64,000 nt of DNA, from contig CAZCWK010000002.1 in NCBI GenBank assembly GCA_964502355.1, forward strand, positions 64,683 through 128,682. The letters are read 5' to 3'. Shown here piece after piece: positions 52,721 to 63,542 of this stretch (the stretch's first letter is position 1; each line of letters starts with the position of its first letter). Source of the DNA: an uncultured Bacteroidales bacterium. Lineage in GTDB: Bacteria; Bacteroidota; Bacteroidia; Bacteroidales; UBA1402. The position numbers and the translations under genes are program-made. The notes under the pieces were generated by a model, which worked only from the letters and a program-made list of their open reading frames with translations, made no database searches and was not told the origin of the DNA.

Positions 52721-54187
52721 TCAGGATGCCTTCATGAACAACCTCTTCCATCTGATTTTACCTTCAAACCATTTTTTATCCTTGTCAAGTGAAAGCCATA
52801 CAAGGATTGGTTTGCCGACAACGTGATCTTCAGGAACAAATCCCCATGCCCTTGAGTCGGCTGAGTTGTGCCTGTTATCTCCCATCATCCAGTAATAATC
52901 CATTTGGAATGTGTATTTTGTGGCTACCTTACTATCGATATAAACAACTCCGCCTTTAACCAGTATGTCTCTTTTTTCATAATGTCTGATGGCATGTGCA
53001 TAGAGTATTATATTGTCTTCTGTCAGATTAATTGTTGCACCTTTCTTTGGAATCCACAGAGGACCGAAATTATCGCGTGTCCAGGTGAATTTTGCGTTGA
53101 GTGGGAATGTGGATCCTCCGATATTTACACCTCCGATAATATCCGGTTCGATAAACACTGTGTCAATCAGGGGATTGCTCAGCACCATAGCCAGCGATGA
53201 CTTAGTTAAAGGCATATGATAAACAGGATTGGCTTTGCCGTTCATATCTCTTTTGAAAGGGAAATACTGCAGCAAATAATCTCCGTCAGGTACCATATAT
53301 CTGTCAGTGTCACTTATGCCCCATTCGTCGAATTGTTTTTCTCCGAGATAAGAGCCTTTTGTCTGTATTAAATAGTTGTATTCGACACCTGGTCTGTCAG
53401 GATTAAGTACTCCGTTTATATAGATCTTATTGTTTATTATTTTAAGGGTATCTCCCGGAAGGCCTACACACCTTTTGACAAAGTTCTCGCGACGATCAAC
53501 AGGTCTGTAAACAACTTTACCATACTGGTTAGGGTTGTTTTTAATGTACTGGGCTGCTTGTTCAAGTGTTACACCACCATTATCGGCAATGTAATGACAT
53601 AGAGAATAATAGTCCGGATTAGACATCTTAACCGGTACTGTATCTCCTGTCGGGAAATTAAACACTACAATGTCATTACGCTTGATATGTCCGAAACCTT
53701 TAACTCTTTTGTAATCCCATTGTGGTTTTTCGATATAAGACTTGCAGTTTAATATCGGTAGTGTGTGCTGCGCTAACGGAAATGAAAGTGGAGTCATTGG
53801 AACTCTGGGTCCGTAACTTAGCTTACTTACAAAAAGGAAATCGCCTACCAGCAATGATTTCTCAAGCGATGAAGAAGGTATCTGATAATTCTGGAAGCAA
53901 TAAATGTTGATTATATAAACAGCCACAAGAGCAAAGACTATGGCATCTACCCAGTCCATTACGCTTCTGAAAGTCTTGTTATTAGACTTCTTCCAGAACC
54001 CCCAGGGTATGTATCGCGTGATGTACAAATCAAAAAACAAAGGCAGCGCCAGAAGCCACCAGAGGCTTACAGTCCAAACAGTAAAGAAAATGGTTATTAA
54101 TCCCCAGATTGAGAACCTGATCCATTTGGATTTAGGTACTGATAAGCGTTTGATGAAACTCACCTTTTTTTCTTTTGAGGCATCCAT
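52721..54187 (-). CDS. lepB: Signal peptidase I
   Basis: 488 aa. Catalytic Ser region IPSSSLEKSLLVGD, Lys box FVKRCVGLPGD, and GDNRHNSADSRAWGFVP. Confidence 0.92.
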   Translation of the reverse strand: MDASKEKKVSFIKRLSVPKSKWIRFSIWGLITIFFTVWTVSLWWLLALPLFFDLYITRYIPWGFWKKSNNKTFRSVMDWVDAIVFALVAVYIINIYCFQNYQIPSSSLEKSLLVGDFLFVSKLSYGPRVPMTPLSFPLAQHTLPILNCKSYIEKPQWDYKRVKGFGHIKRNDIVVFNFPTGDTVPVKMSNPDYYSLCHYIADNGGVTLEQAAQYIKNNPNQYGKVVYRPVDRRENFVKRCVGLPGDTLKIINNKIYINGVLNPDRPGVEYNYLIQTKGSYLGEKQFDEWGISDTDRYMVPDGDYLLQYFPFKRDMNGKANPVYHMPLTKSSLAMVLSNPLIDTVFIEPDIIGGVNIGGSTFPLNAKFTWTRDNFGPLWIPKKGATINLTEDNIILYAHAIRHYEKRDILVKGGVVYIDSKVATKYTFQMDYYWMMGDNRHNSADSRAWGFVPEDHVVGKPILVWLSLDKDKKWFEGKIRWKRLFMKAS

Positions 54188-54207
54188 AGCTATTTAAAAT
54201 TATATTA

Positions 54208-54921
54208 TTAGAAACCAAGCATGTCTGACATGGTCAGGAAGCCTGTTTTACCTTTTGTAAATTCTGCTGCAAGGACTGCACCCAGTGCTAATCCTTTTCT
54301 TGATTTAGCATCATGAGAAATCCTGATAGTATCGACTTCAGAATCCCATGTCACTTCATGATACCCTGGCACTTCTCCTGTTCTTTCAGAAACTATTGCA
54401 AGCTCTTCTGCTGACATTGCTTCTTCCTTGACCCATCTGTCTTTTCTGTCCAGATTCTCAAGAATATCTTCAGCTATTGTAATGGCGGTTCCTGAAGGTG
54501 CATCAAGCTTATGAATGTGATGTACTTCTTTCATTGATACATCATAAGCAGGGAATGGGTTCATCATTTCTGCAAGTTTCTTATTGAGTGCAAAAAATAT
54601 GTTGACTCCAAGGCTGAAGTTTGAGGTATAAAAAAATGTTTTACCTTTTGCACACGCTTCTTTGACAGAATCTATTCTTTCAAGCCAGCCGGTAGTACCT
54701 GAAACAACAGGAACATCAGCTTTGAAGCATTTAAAATAATTGCTTAACGCTGTTTCCGGTCTTGAAAACTCTATGGCTACATCTGCAGATTTGAAAGCCC
54801 CGGATTCAAATTCATTCTGATTATCTATATCAATGATACAAACTATTTTATGGCCTCTTTCAAGGGCTATTCTTTCGATTTCATGGCCCATTTTGCCATA
54901 TCCAATCAAGGCAATATTCAT
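54208..54921 (-). CDS. dapB: 4-hydroxy-tetrahydrodipicolinate reductase
   Basis: 237 aa. MNIALIGYGKMGHEI is the NAD(P) motif; EVHHIHKLDAPSGTA is the DapB signature. Confidence 0.9.
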   Translation of the reverse strand: MNIALIGYGKMGHEIERIALERGHKIVCIIDIDNQNEFESGAFKSADVAIEFSRPETALSNYFKCFKADVPVVSGTTGWLERIDSVKEACAKGKTFFYTSNFSLGVNIFFALNKKLAEMMNPFPAYDVSMKEVHHIHKLDAPSGTAITIAEDILENLDRKDRWVKEEAMSAEELAIVSERTGEVPGYHEVTWDSEVDTIRISHDAKSRKGLALGAVLAAEFTKGKTGFLTMSDMLGF

Positions 54922-54967
54922 AGATTAAAAAAGCTGATTATTATTTGGATGTTTCTGATATTTGGCT

Positions 54968-54975
54968 CAAAGATA
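54968..54975 (-). promoter_or_regulatory. Candidate -7 box TATCTTTG for dapB
   Basis: The minus strand matches TAnnTTTG, 47 nt upstream of the start. Confidence 0.4.
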
Positions 54976-55062
54976 CATAAAAAATTAACCTTTGATTTTA
55001 AAGGAATATTACAAACTGTTAAAAAAGGGTAACTAATGGCGGATTGGTACATAAAATACTTG

Positions 55063-55070
55063 TACATTTG
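55063..55070 (+). promoter_or_regulatory. Candidate -7 box TACATTTG for the Ig-like lipoprotein gene
   Basis: Matches TAnnTTTG, 46 nt upstream of the ATG at 55117. Confidence 0.4.
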
Positions 55071-55116
55071 CAGTTCAGATAAAATTTAAGCAATAATTAA
55101 TTGCCGGATACAGTAA

Positions 55117-56964
55117 ATGAAGCATTGGAGAACCATACTATTGTTTTTAATTCCTGTCCTTTTTTCAGGATGCGCGAATACCGGAACACCCGGCGGTGGT
55201 CCTAAGGATGAAACACCTCCCAGGTTGATAAAGAGTATTCCTGAGATTAATAAGACAAATTATAAGGACAAAAAGGTGGAAATTTATTTTGACGAACTCA
55301 TTTCAATAGAAAGTCCGTCTGAAAAAGTTATTATTTCACCGCCCCAGGTGATATCGCCGATTGTAAAAGCTATTGGTAAAAGGGCATCTGTTACTTTCAT
55401 GGACAGCCTTGTTGATAATACTACTTATACAATAGACTTTACAGATGCTATTGTTGATTATAATGAAAAAAATAAATTCGGGGATTTTGCATTTACTTTT
55501 TCTACCGGATCACAGATTGATTCGTTAAGACTTGGTGGAAGGCTTCTGGATGCTTCTAACCTTGATCCTGTCCCCGGTGTTTTGATTGGTGCTCACAAGG
55601 ATTTAAATGATTCAGCTTTTGTCAGGACCGGTTTCAGAAGTATTTCGAAGACTGATAAAAACGGTTTGTTTACTATAAAAGGCCTTTCAAAGGATTCTTT
55701 TCATGTTTTTGCTCTTGGTGATAAAAACAGGGATTATAAGTTTGATCAACCGGGTGAAGCTATTGCTTTTACGGATTCTGTTTTCGTGCCATGGACTGAG
55801 CCATGCCTTAAGTCTGACACAATATGGAAAGACAGTATTACCGTAGACTCTGTCTGGACAAGGACTGTCACATGTTACAAACCTGACAATATTGTACTTC
55901 TTTATTTTAACGAGGAGTTTGGAAGGCAGTACCTGGCTAAAAAAGAAAGATCTTCACGCGAAAGGTTGACATTTACTTTTGGTTATAAATCGGATTCTTT
56001 GCCTAAACTGAGATTGCTCAACAGTGAAGCTAAAAGCTGGAATCTTCTTGAAACCAATCTGACGAAGGATACTTTGGTTTACTGGATTACTGATACTGCT
56101 GTGGTCAATATGGACACTTTACATATTGAAATCTCTTATTTAAAGACGGATTCGACCAATAACCTTAGTCCTGCAGTGGATACCCTTAATTTAATTTCAA
56201 GGAAAGTTGTGCATAAAGCTCCTTCAAAATCTTCAAAGAAAGCTGATGAAGAGAAGAAGAAAGAAGAAGAAGAAAAAGCTAAAGTTATTCCCTTAGAATG
56301 TAATATTTATGCTCCTGCAACTATTGATATTGGTTTTGAACCATATGTGGAGTTTTTCACACCTGTTTTAAAAGTTGAGGGTAATCCGTGGCATTTGAAA
56401 AAGAAGAAAAGTGCGGATAAAAAGGATTCTACCTGGATTGATGTGCCTGTCAAAATGATACAGGATAGCTTAAACATAAGATTTTATAATCTTAAGGCGA
56501 AGATTGATCCCGCAGGAGAGTATAAGCTGAGTCTGGATTCCGGTAAAATAACCGATGTCTATGGTCATTTGAATCTTCACTCTGAAGTAAGTTTCAAGGT
56601 TAGAGAAGAAAAAGAATATGCCAGACTTATGCTGACTGTAAATGGTATTAATACAAAATCTTTTGTTGAATTGCTTGATAAGTCAGACAAGGTAGTCAGA
56701 AGGGAAAGGGTCGTAAAAGGTCTGGCTGATTTTAAATATGTGAAACCGGGCACCTATTTTATCCGTGCAATAGAAGACAGGAATGGTAATTTCAGGTGGG
56801 ATGTCGGAAACTACAGGAAAAAAATGCAGCCTGAAGGTGTATTTTACAGGAGAGAACCTCAGGAGATGAGAGTGAATTGTGACTATGAGGAAACCTGGGA
56901 TGTGATGAGCGTGCCTTTGGAATTACAGAAGAACCTGGATTCGGGAAAGAAAAACAAAGATTGA
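55117..56964 (+). CDS. Ig-like (SbsA/Big_5-type) domain lipoprotein with a K/E-rich linker
   Basis: Lipobox LFSGCANTG. N-terminal DETPPRLIKSIPE...IYFDE pattern. Internal KKADEEKKKEEEEKAK stretch. Confidence 0.7.
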   Translation: MKHWRTILLFLIPVLFSGCANTGTPGGGPKDETPPRLIKSIPEINKTNYKDKKVEIYFDELISIESPSEKVIISPPQVISPIVKAIGKRASVTFMDSLVDNTTYTIDFTDAIVDYNEKNKFGDFAFTFSTGSQIDSLRLGGRLLDASNLDPVPGVLIGAHKDLNDSAFVRTGFRSISKTDKNGLFTIKGLSKDSFHVFALGDKNRDYKFDQPGEAIAFTDSVFVPWTEPCLKSDTIWKDSITVDSVWTRTVTCYKPDNIVLLYFNEEFGRQYLAKKERSSRERLTFTFGYKSDSLPKLRLLNSEAKSWNLLETNLTKDTLVYWITDTAVVNMDTLHIEISYLKTDSTNNLSPAVDTLNLISRKVVHKAPSKSSKKADEEKKKEEEEKAKVIPLECNIYAPATIDIGFEPYVEFFTPVLKVEGNPWHLKKKKSADKKDSTWIDVPVKMIQDSLNIRFYNLKAKIDPAGEYKLSLDSGKITDVYGHLNLHSEVSFKVREEKEYARLMLTVNGINTKSFVELLDKSDKVVRRERVVKGLADFKYVKPGTYFIRAIEDRNGNFRWDVGNYRKKMQPEGVFYRREPQEMRVNCDYEETWDVMSVPLELQKNLDSGKKNKD

Positions 56965-56973
56965 TATTGTAGC

Positions 56974-57795
56974 ATGGCAAGAGTAACTTTGACAGCGATT
57001 TGCCTTATGATAATCTGTTACAGTGGATTTGCAAAAAACAACTGTAGTGCCGGAACAAAATGTTTTGTTGCCGGGGAATCCATCAATTATCTGGTCTATT
57101 ATAACATGGGTTTAATATGGATTAATGCCGGCAGTCTGAATACTCGTGTAGGAAATGCTTTAGTTGAGGGTAAGCTCATGCATCAACTGACTTTAACAGG
57201 CAGGACCTCAGGCTCATTTGATTCTTTTTTTTCTGTAAGGGATACCCTGATCTCGTATGTGGATACTGCTGACCTGACTCCTGTAAGAGCTATAAAATCA
57301 TGTCATGAAGGTAAGTGGTCCGGTGTGGATTTTTTTACTTTTGAACCCCGTAATAACGGATGGAGCGTTACAACATCCCTAAAAAGAAAAGACAAGTGGG
57401 GGGAGCGAATAAATTATTTTACTGAAAACTGTGGTTTTGACATGGTTGCAAGCTTTTTCAGATTAAGAACTTCGATAAATTATGAAACTCTCAGAGTGGG
57501 AGATAAGTTTACTATACCAGTCAGACTTGATGATGGTGAATATAATGTTTACCTCACTTATAAAGGCAAACAAACAATCAAGCTGCATGGAAATGGCGGA
57601 TATAAGTCAAGGCTGTTTGAACTGACTCTGATACAGAGTAAACAGTTTAAACGGGGAGACGTTATGAAGTTATGGGTTTCTGATGATGAAGCCAAAGTCC
57701 CTTTACTTGTTGAGTCTCCTATAGCTATTGGCGCTATTAAAGCTGTTTATAAGAGCTCCAAAAATACACGCAATAATATGCAACCTGCATCCTGA
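56974..57795 (+). CDS. DUF3108-like secreted protein
   Basis: 273 aa with a signal peptide. GESINYLVYYNMGLIWINAGSL and PLLVESPIAIGAIKAVY patterns, as recalled for DUF3108. Confidence 0.6.
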   Translation: MARVTLTAICLMIICYSGFAKNNCSAGTKCFVAGESINYLVYYNMGLIWINAGSLNTRVGNALVEGKLMHQLTLTGRTSGSFDSFFSVRDTLISYVDTADLTPVRAIKSCHEGKWSGVDFFTFEPRNNGWSVTTSLKRKDKWGERINYFTENCGFDMVASFFRLRTSINYETLRVGDKFTIPVRLDDGEYNVYLTYKGKQTIKLHGNGGYKSRLFELTLIQSKQFKRGDVMKLWVSDDEAKVPLLVESPIAIGAIKAVYKSSKNTRNNMQPAS

Positions 57796-57892
57796 GGGAT
57801 TATGCGAATTGCATATCATAGCTGCTTGCAGATGGGAGAACAATCTTCTTCAGGAATTCCGGTCAACGGCAATTAAAAATACTAAATATTTA

Positions 57893-59386
57893 TCAATGAG
57901 TGATTTTCCACTCAAATCCGTCTTTTGTATCCTTAATCTCGAATCCTAATTTGGTAAGTTCGTTTCTTATCAGGTCTGATGTTGCCCAGTCTTTATTTTT
58001 CTTGGCTTCAAGCCTCATGTTCAGAAGCAGGTCTATGGCACCTTTAAATGAGTTTACGTCCTGAGTGGCTGCTGAATCACCGGTTTCAGAGTAAAGACCA
58101 AGTATTTCAATCATAAATAGATCAAATACTGCTTTGAGCTCGTCAAGGTCTGACTGGCAAATGGTTTCTTTGCCATCAAAAACTGAATTAATTGCCTTAC
58201 TGGCATCAAACAGATGCGATATGACTATAGGGCTGTTAAGATCGTCACTAATGGCTTCAAAACAGAGCTTGCGCAGATCTTTAGTTTCAACTGTTGAAAC
58301 AGGAGATGCTATAAGCTTACCAAGCCTTTGATATGCATCGAGTAGTCTTTCATAACCTTTTTCAGATGCCTGTAGTGCTTCATTGCTGAAATCAACGGTA
58401 CTTCTGTAATGAGCCTGAAGGATAAAGAAACGTATGGTCATAGGGCTGTATGCTTTTTCAAGCGAGGTATGACTGCCGTTAAAGAATTCCTCAAGAGTAA
58501 TGAAATTGCCAAGAGATTTACCCATTTTCTGGCCGTTGATGGTAATCATATTGTTGTGCATCCAGTAATGTACGCTTGCATGACCGAGTGCACTTACAGA
58601 TTGAGCTATCTCGCACTCATGATGCGGGAAAACAAGATCCATACCACCTCCGTGAATGTCAAATTCATCTCCGAGGTATCTTGTTCCCATTGCCGAACAT
58701 TCAAGATGCCATCCTGGGAAACCATCACTCCATGGTGAGGGCCACCTCATAATATGTTCAGGCGAGGCTTTTTTCCAAAGAGCAAAATCCACAGGATTCC
58801 TTTTTTCGGACTGACCGTCAAGCTCCCTGCTATTATGCTGAAGATCATCTATATTTCTGCCCGAAAGACTTCCGTAATTATATTTCCCGTTGTATTTTAC
58901 TACATCAAAATAGACTGATCCGTCACTTATATAGGCATATCCGTTTTCCAGAATCTTTTTAACAAATTCAATCTGTTCGATGATATGTCCGGATGCGTGT
59001 GGCTCAATGCTGGGTGGAAGGACATGAAGTCTTTCCATAGCCTGATGATACCTGTTAATATAGTACTGGGCAACTTCCATTGGCTCAAGCTGCTCTATGC
59101 GTGCTTTTTTCTGTATTTTGTCTTCTCCTTCATCAGCATCGTTTTCAAGATGGCCAACATCTGTTATGTTTCTGACATATCTTACTTTATAACCGGTTGC
59201 TGTAAGATATCTGAATAATAAATCAAAAGTAATAGCAGGTCTGGCATGTCCTAAATGTGGATCGCCATAAACCGTAGGTCCGCAGACATACAGACCAACT
59301 TTATTCTCATGTATGGGTTTGAATACTTCCTTCTTGCGTGTGAAGGTGTTATAAAGGACAAAATCCATTTTAAAATTATTTTCCAT
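57893..59386 (-). CDS. cysS: Cysteine--tRNA ligase
   Basis: [12 protein letters not shown] (HIGH), KMGKSLGN (KMSKS), and [19 protein letters not shown]. Confidence 0.95.
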   Translation of the reverse strand: MENNFKMDFVLYNTFTRKKEVFKPIHENKVGLYVCGPTVYGDPHLGHARPAITFDLLFRYLTATGYKVRYVRNITDVGHLENDADEGEDKIQKKARIEQLEPMEVAQYYINRYHQAMERLHVLPPSIEPHASGHIIEQIEFVKKILENGYAYISDGSVYFDVVKYNGKYNYGSLSGRNIDDLQHNSRELDGQSEKRNPVDFALWKKASPEHIMRWPSPWSDGFPGWHLECSAMGTRYLGDEFDIHGGGMDLVFPHHECEIAQSVSALGHASVHYWMHNNMITINGQKMGKSLGNFITLEEFFNGSHTSLEKAYSPMTIRFFILQAHYRSTVDFSNEALQASEKGYERLLDAYQRLGKLIASPVSTVETKDLRKLCFEAISDDLNSPIVISHLFDASKAINSVFDGKETICQSDLDELKAVFDLFMIEILGLYSETGDSAATQDVNSFKGAIDLLLNMRLEAKKNKDWATSDLIRNELTKLGFEIKDTKDGFEWKITH

Positions 59387-59401
59387 ATAATCTTGTTACT
59401 G

Positions 59402-60442
59402 TCAGACCAGGATAAATCTGTAGGGATCTTTACTTACAAATCTCAGATTAGGGCCATCAGATTTGTATCTCCACAATCCTGAACAATTTGTTATGACAGG
59501 CTTATAGTCAATATTTATATCAATATCTTCCAAAGGAACTGGTTCAGCAGCGTTGTCACTGACCGGTAAAAATTCGTAAAATATGCTAAGATCAAGCATC
59601 AGAAGATAACTACTAACATCCGGTTCATCCTGAATACCGATAAAACCTTCGGGACTCATATAATGGCTTATTACAGGTACCGGTAATTGTAAAGACGATT
59701 TAATCGAATCCAGCTGACTGTTTGTTGAAACAGTTTTGTGTAACAGCACCTCTGCTTCTGTAAACAGAGATGGATCTAATTGTTTTGAAGAAGATTTAAG
59801 AAATTTAAATAATCCTTCAGGAGATCCTCTGAAACAGGTTATTTTGCCTGAATCAATTTCTTCTGCCAGCTTTGAAAATCCTGTTTCTGAAGTAGATACA
59901 GCTTCAGCTTTCTTTGGAATGTTTAACAACGAGAAAAAAAACAATTCTTTTTTTCTGATAAGAGTGGAAAGCTCACAAAGGAACTCCTGTTCGCCATCAT
60001 CACCTACAGACAGAAAATATCCGCCGAATAATTTGCTGTCAGGATTCCGCCTGATATATAAAGCTAAAAGGTCATAAGTCCCATGGTTAAGTGATTCGGC
60101 TATAAGCTGTTCACTTACCGGTATCTTATTTCCGTTGAATGATTTAAGTATTCTGGGAGCTGCTCCGGGCCATAAAAGATTGGTTTCTCCCTTTTCTATT
60201 TTTTCAATAAATGGCAGCATGCCTGAAGCGTCTGTAACAGGTATTCTTTCTCTGAAATCCTGATAACTGAAAATAGTCTTAAAGTCGTATTTCCTGCCAG
60301 CAACAGTATCTTTAGCTTCATGCAAAAGATCAAACATCTGCTCATTTTGAATGTCAGAAGCGTTTGATTTGTATTCTTCAATTTCTGCAATACGATCCTT
60401 GAAGTATATGCTTGCAATATTTGTAATTAAGTCGTAAGCCAT
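59402..60442 (-). CDS. GH3 (auxin-responsive promoter / JAR1-like acyl-adenylate) family protein, short form
   Basis: The N-terminus DRIAEIEEYKSNASDIQNEQMFDLLHEAKDTVAGRKYDFKTI...FRERIPV is typical of the bacterial GH3 family. It is only 346 aa. Confidence 0.65.
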   Translation of the reverse strand: MAYDLITNIASIYFKDRIAEIEEYKSNASDIQNEQMFDLLHEAKDTVAGRKYDFKTIFSYQDFRERIPVTDASGMLPFIEKIEKGETNLLWPGAAPRILKSFNGNKIPVSEQLIAESLNHGTYDLLALYIRRNPDSKLFGGYFLSVGDDGEQEFLCELSTLIRKKELFFFSLLNIPKKAEAVSTSETGFSKLAEEIDSGKITCFRGSPEGLFKFLKSSSKQLDPSLFTEAEVLLHKTVSTNSQLDSIKSSLQLPVPVISHYMSPEGFIGIQDEPDVSSYLLMLDLSIFYEFLPVSDNAAEPVPLEDIDINIDYKPVITNCSGLWRYKSDGPNLRFVSKDPYRFILV

Positions 60443-60531
60443 ATTCTCTTTTGCATAGGTTAAATGCCAAAGTTACTTCTTTTTTATGCTTTCTGAAACA
60501 CTTTAGTTGTCAAAAAGTATTTTGATGAAAA

Positions 60532-61278
60532 TCATTGTCTGTTTATATGCTCAAGTGCATTTTTTGAAGCATTCTGCTGGGCTTCTTTCTTTGTCTTTCC
60601 TGATCCTGAAGATATCTGTTTATCATTCAACATCACTTTAGCGACAAAACGGAAATCATTTTCGGAGTTGATAGCGGCCTCTTCTGTGATGAACTCAACA
60701 TTGTTTTTTTCTTTTTGACCCCACTCCAGTAAAGCGGACTTGAAATTTGCATCAAATGAAGCTATACTTTCAATATCTATAAACTGATCAAAAATCTTTT
60801 GTTCAAGAAATTGCCGACATCTTCTGTAGCCCTGGTCAAGATATATAGCACCAATCAAAGCTTCAAGGGCATTGCCGTAAATTGTCAAATGCGTGGTTTC
60901 AAAAGATGTGTTGGTGACAACAAGATTATTGAGACCAAACTCAACGGCAATTTTATTTATACTATCTCTTTGTACTATTCTTGCTCTTGTCTTAGACAGG
61001 AAACCTTCAGAAGCATTCTTGTAGTGTTTGAAAAGTATGTCGGAAACCAAAGTATTTAATACGGAATCACCGAGGAACTCCAGGCGTTCGTTATTCAACT
61101 TCAGTCCTTTATCATCTCTGGTTGACAATGATTTATGTCTTAATGCAAGCTCGTATAATTCGATATTTTTTGGATAAAAGCCCAAAATTTTATGAAACAA
61201 CAAATAAGGCTCCTTCTGTTTAACAGTCAGGAGCCTTATTTTATATATAATATCGTTTATCAGGAATTTGGGATCCAT
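60532..61278 (-). CDS. rnc: Ribonuclease III
   Basis: NERLEFLGDSVLN signature and a C-terminal dsRBD (GSGKTKKEAQQNASKNAL). The start overlaps the fabF end by 19 nt. Confidence 0.93.
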   Translation of the reverse strand: MDPKFLINDIIYKIRLLTVKQKEPYLLFHKILGFYPKNIELYELALRHKSLSTRDDKGLKLNNERLEFLGDSVLNTLVSDILFKHYKNASEGFLSKTRARIVQRDSINKIAVEFGLNNLVVTNTSFETTHLTIYGNALEALIGAIYLDQGYRRCRQFLEQKIFDQFIDIESIASFDANFKSALLEWGQKEKNNVEFITEEAAINSENDFRFVAKVMLNDKQISSGSGKTKKEAQQNASKNALEHINRQ

Positions 61279-62525
61279 TTTTTCACGATAACGCTGGCGT
61301 TATGCCCGCCAAATCCAAATGTATTTGAAAGAGCAGCATTGACAACTCTTTTTTGAGCTTTGTGAAATGTGAAATTCAATTTGTAATCAATTTCAGGATC
61401 TTCATCTCCCTCTGTGAAATTAATAGTTGGAGGTACGATATCTTCGCAAACAGCCTTTATACATGCAATAGCCTCAATAGCTCCGGCAGCTCCAAGCAGA
61501 TGACCTGTTTGTGACTTAGTTGAGCTAATGTTCATTTTGTAAGCATGATCTCCAAAAACTTTAGCAATCGCTTTCAACTCAGCAACATCACCAACAGGAG
61601 TAGAAGTACCGTGAACATTGATATAGTCGATGTCTTCCGGTTTCAAACCTGCATCCTGGAGTGTGCTTAGCATTACTTCTGAAGCTCCTAATCCATCAGG
61701 ATGTGGTGCAGTCATATGATATGCATCTGCTGACAATCCGCAACCGGCAACTTCTGCATAAATCTTTGCTCCTCTTGCTAATGCATGTTCAAGTTCTTCA
61801 AGAACAAGGCATGCGCCGCCTTCAGCAATCACAAAACCATCACGGCTTTTACTGAAAGGTCTGGAAGCTGTCATAAAATCATCATTTCTTGTCGAAAGCG
61901 CATGCATCGCATTAAAACCGCCGACTCCGGTAACTGTGATCGCTGCTTCGGAACCTCCGCAGACAAATACATCAGTTTTACCAAGTCTGATAAGATTAAA
62001 AGCATCAGCAATAGCGTTTGTAGATGAAGCGCATGCAGCAACAGTACAATAATTCGGGCCTCTGAAACCATAAGACATAGAGATATGTCCTGCAGAAAGG
62101 TCAGAAATCATTTTAGGAATGAAGAAAGGATTGAATCTTGGTGTTCCGTCCCCCTTCGTGAATTCAACTAATTCCTGTTCAACTGTATATATACCACCTA
62201 TACCGGCACCCCATATAACCCCAATCCTTGAAAGATCTTCTTCTTCGGGTTTCAGGCCGGAGTCGGCAATAGCTTCGTTTGCGCTTATAATGGCAAATTG
62301 TGCAAAAAGATCGTATTTCCTTACTTCTTTTCTTTCGAAATAGTCAGTAGGGTTGTAATCTTTTACCTCACAAGCAAATCTGGTTTTAAACTTTGACGCA
62401 TCAAAGCGCGTAATAGGCCCGGCACCACTTACTCCTTTTACCAACGAGTTCCATGTATCAGGAACATTGTTACCCAAAGGAGTAATTGCGCCCAGACCTG
62501 TTACGACTACTCTTCTTAATTCCAT
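61260..62525 (-). CDS. fabF: 3-oxoacyl-ACP synthase II
   Basis: 421 aa. Active-site region TVAACASSTNAI, plus INVHGTSTPVGD and GHLLGAAG. Confidence 0.95.
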   Translation of the reverse strand: MELRRVVVTGLGAITPLGNNVPDTWNSLVKGVSGAGPITRFDASKFKTRFACEVKDYNPTDYFERKEVRKYDLFAQFAIISANEAIADSGLKPEEEDLSRIGVIWGAGIGGIYTVEQELVEFTKGDGTPRFNPFFIPKMISDLSAGHISMSYGFRGPNYCTVAACASSTNAIADAFNLIRLGKTDVFVCGGSEAAITVTGVGGFNAMHALSTRNDDFMTASRPFSKSRDGFVIAEGGACLVLEELEHALARGAKIYAEVAGCGLSADAYHMTAPHPDGLGASEVMLSTLQDAGLKPEDIDYINVHGTSTPVGDVAELKAIAKVFGDHAYKMNISSTKSQTGHLLGAAGAIEAIACIKAVCEDIVPPTINFTEGDEDPEIDYKLNFTFHKAQKRVVNAALSNTFGFGGHNASVIVKKWIPNS

Positions 62526-62549
62526 AATTTTTTTAAAGTCTCTCAGCTA

Positions 62550-62792
62550 TCAAGCGTTTTCACTTTTGGCTTCGATGAATGTGATGGCATCGCCAACTGT
62601 GGAAATTTTTTCAGCTTGATCGTCAGGAATTGATAAACCAAATTCCTTTTCGAACTCCATGATCAGTTCAACGGTGTCAAGAGAGTCAGCTCCCAAATCG
62701 TTGGTGAAACTAGCTTCCGGAGTAACTTCAGTTTCTTCTACTCCTAATTTATCTACGATAATAGCTTTGACTCTAGCTGCAACATCAGACAT
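62550..62792 (-). CDS. acpP: Acyl carrier protein
   Basis: 80 aa with the [17 protein letters not shown] phosphopantetheine site. Confidence 0.95.
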   Translation of the reverse strand: MSDVAARVKAIIVDKLGVEETEVTPEASFTNDLGADSLDTVELIMEFEKEFGLSIPDDQAEKISTVGDAITFIEAKSENA

Positions 62793-62948
62793 AATGGTCG
62801 TTTTTTTAAGTTAATAATCAAATTTGTTTTTAATTTTGCGGTGCAAATAAACAAATAAAATTGTATATCCCCTAATTTTTGGAGCAGAAACTGCAAAAAA
62901 AATGCACAAAAATTCTTTTAGTGTGCAATATAATTGATAAAATAAAAT

Positions 62949-63542
62949 ATGTCAACAGTCAAAATAGCCATTTTCGCATCAGGTTCCGGATCAAATGCTG
63001 AGAATATTTATAATTATTTTTTAAACAGGAGTGATGTTGAAATCTGTATAGTTATTTCCAACAAATCTGAAGCTTTTGTTCATCAGAGGGCATCCAGACT
63101 TGGTATCAGATCCATAACTTTATCAAAATCTGAAATTGAGAATGAGCAGGTTTTACTTGGTGTACTTGAAGATTCAAAAGCTGATCTCATCGTGCTGGCA
63201 GGTTTTTTACTTATGATTCCTGCATTTCTTGTGAAAGCCTATAAGGACAGGATTGTCAATATACATCCTGCGTTATTACCAAAGTTTGGAGGTAAGGGTA
63301 TGTATGGTGACAGGGTTCATAAGGCAGTCGTTGAAGCCGGGGAAAAAGAATCCGGTATAACAATACATCTGATAGACGATAAGTATGATGAAGGTAAGAC
63401 CATTTTTCAGGCAAAATGTTCTGTTAATGAAAATGACACTCCTGATGATGTTGCATTAAAAGTTCATGCTCTGGAATATGAGTATTTTCCAAAAGTAATA
63501 GATACTCTGGTAGAAAAAATAAAAACAGAATATAAGAAGTAA
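62949..63542 (+). CDS. purN: Phosphoribosylglycinamide formyltransferase
   Basis: IAIFASGSGSNAENI, NIHPALLPKFGGKGMYG, and GITIHLIDDKYDEGKTIFQ. Confidence 0.92.
   Translation: MSTVKIAIFASGSGSNAENIYNYFLNRSDVEICIVISNKSEAFVHQRASRLGIRSITLSKSEIENEQVLLGVLEDSKADLIVLAGFLLMIPAFLVKAYKDRIVNIHPALLPKFGGKGMYGDRVHKAVVEAGEKESGITIHLIDDKYDEGKTIFQAKCSVNENDTPDDVALKVHALEYEYFPKVIDTLVEKIKTEYKK

Noticed and set aside
56221-56290. Purine-rich gaa/aag repeat tract.
   Set aside because: It encodes an in-frame K/E-rich linker (KKADEEKKKEEEEKAK) of the Ig-like lipoprotein. This is low-complexity coding sequence, not a structural DNA repeat or slippage pseudogene.
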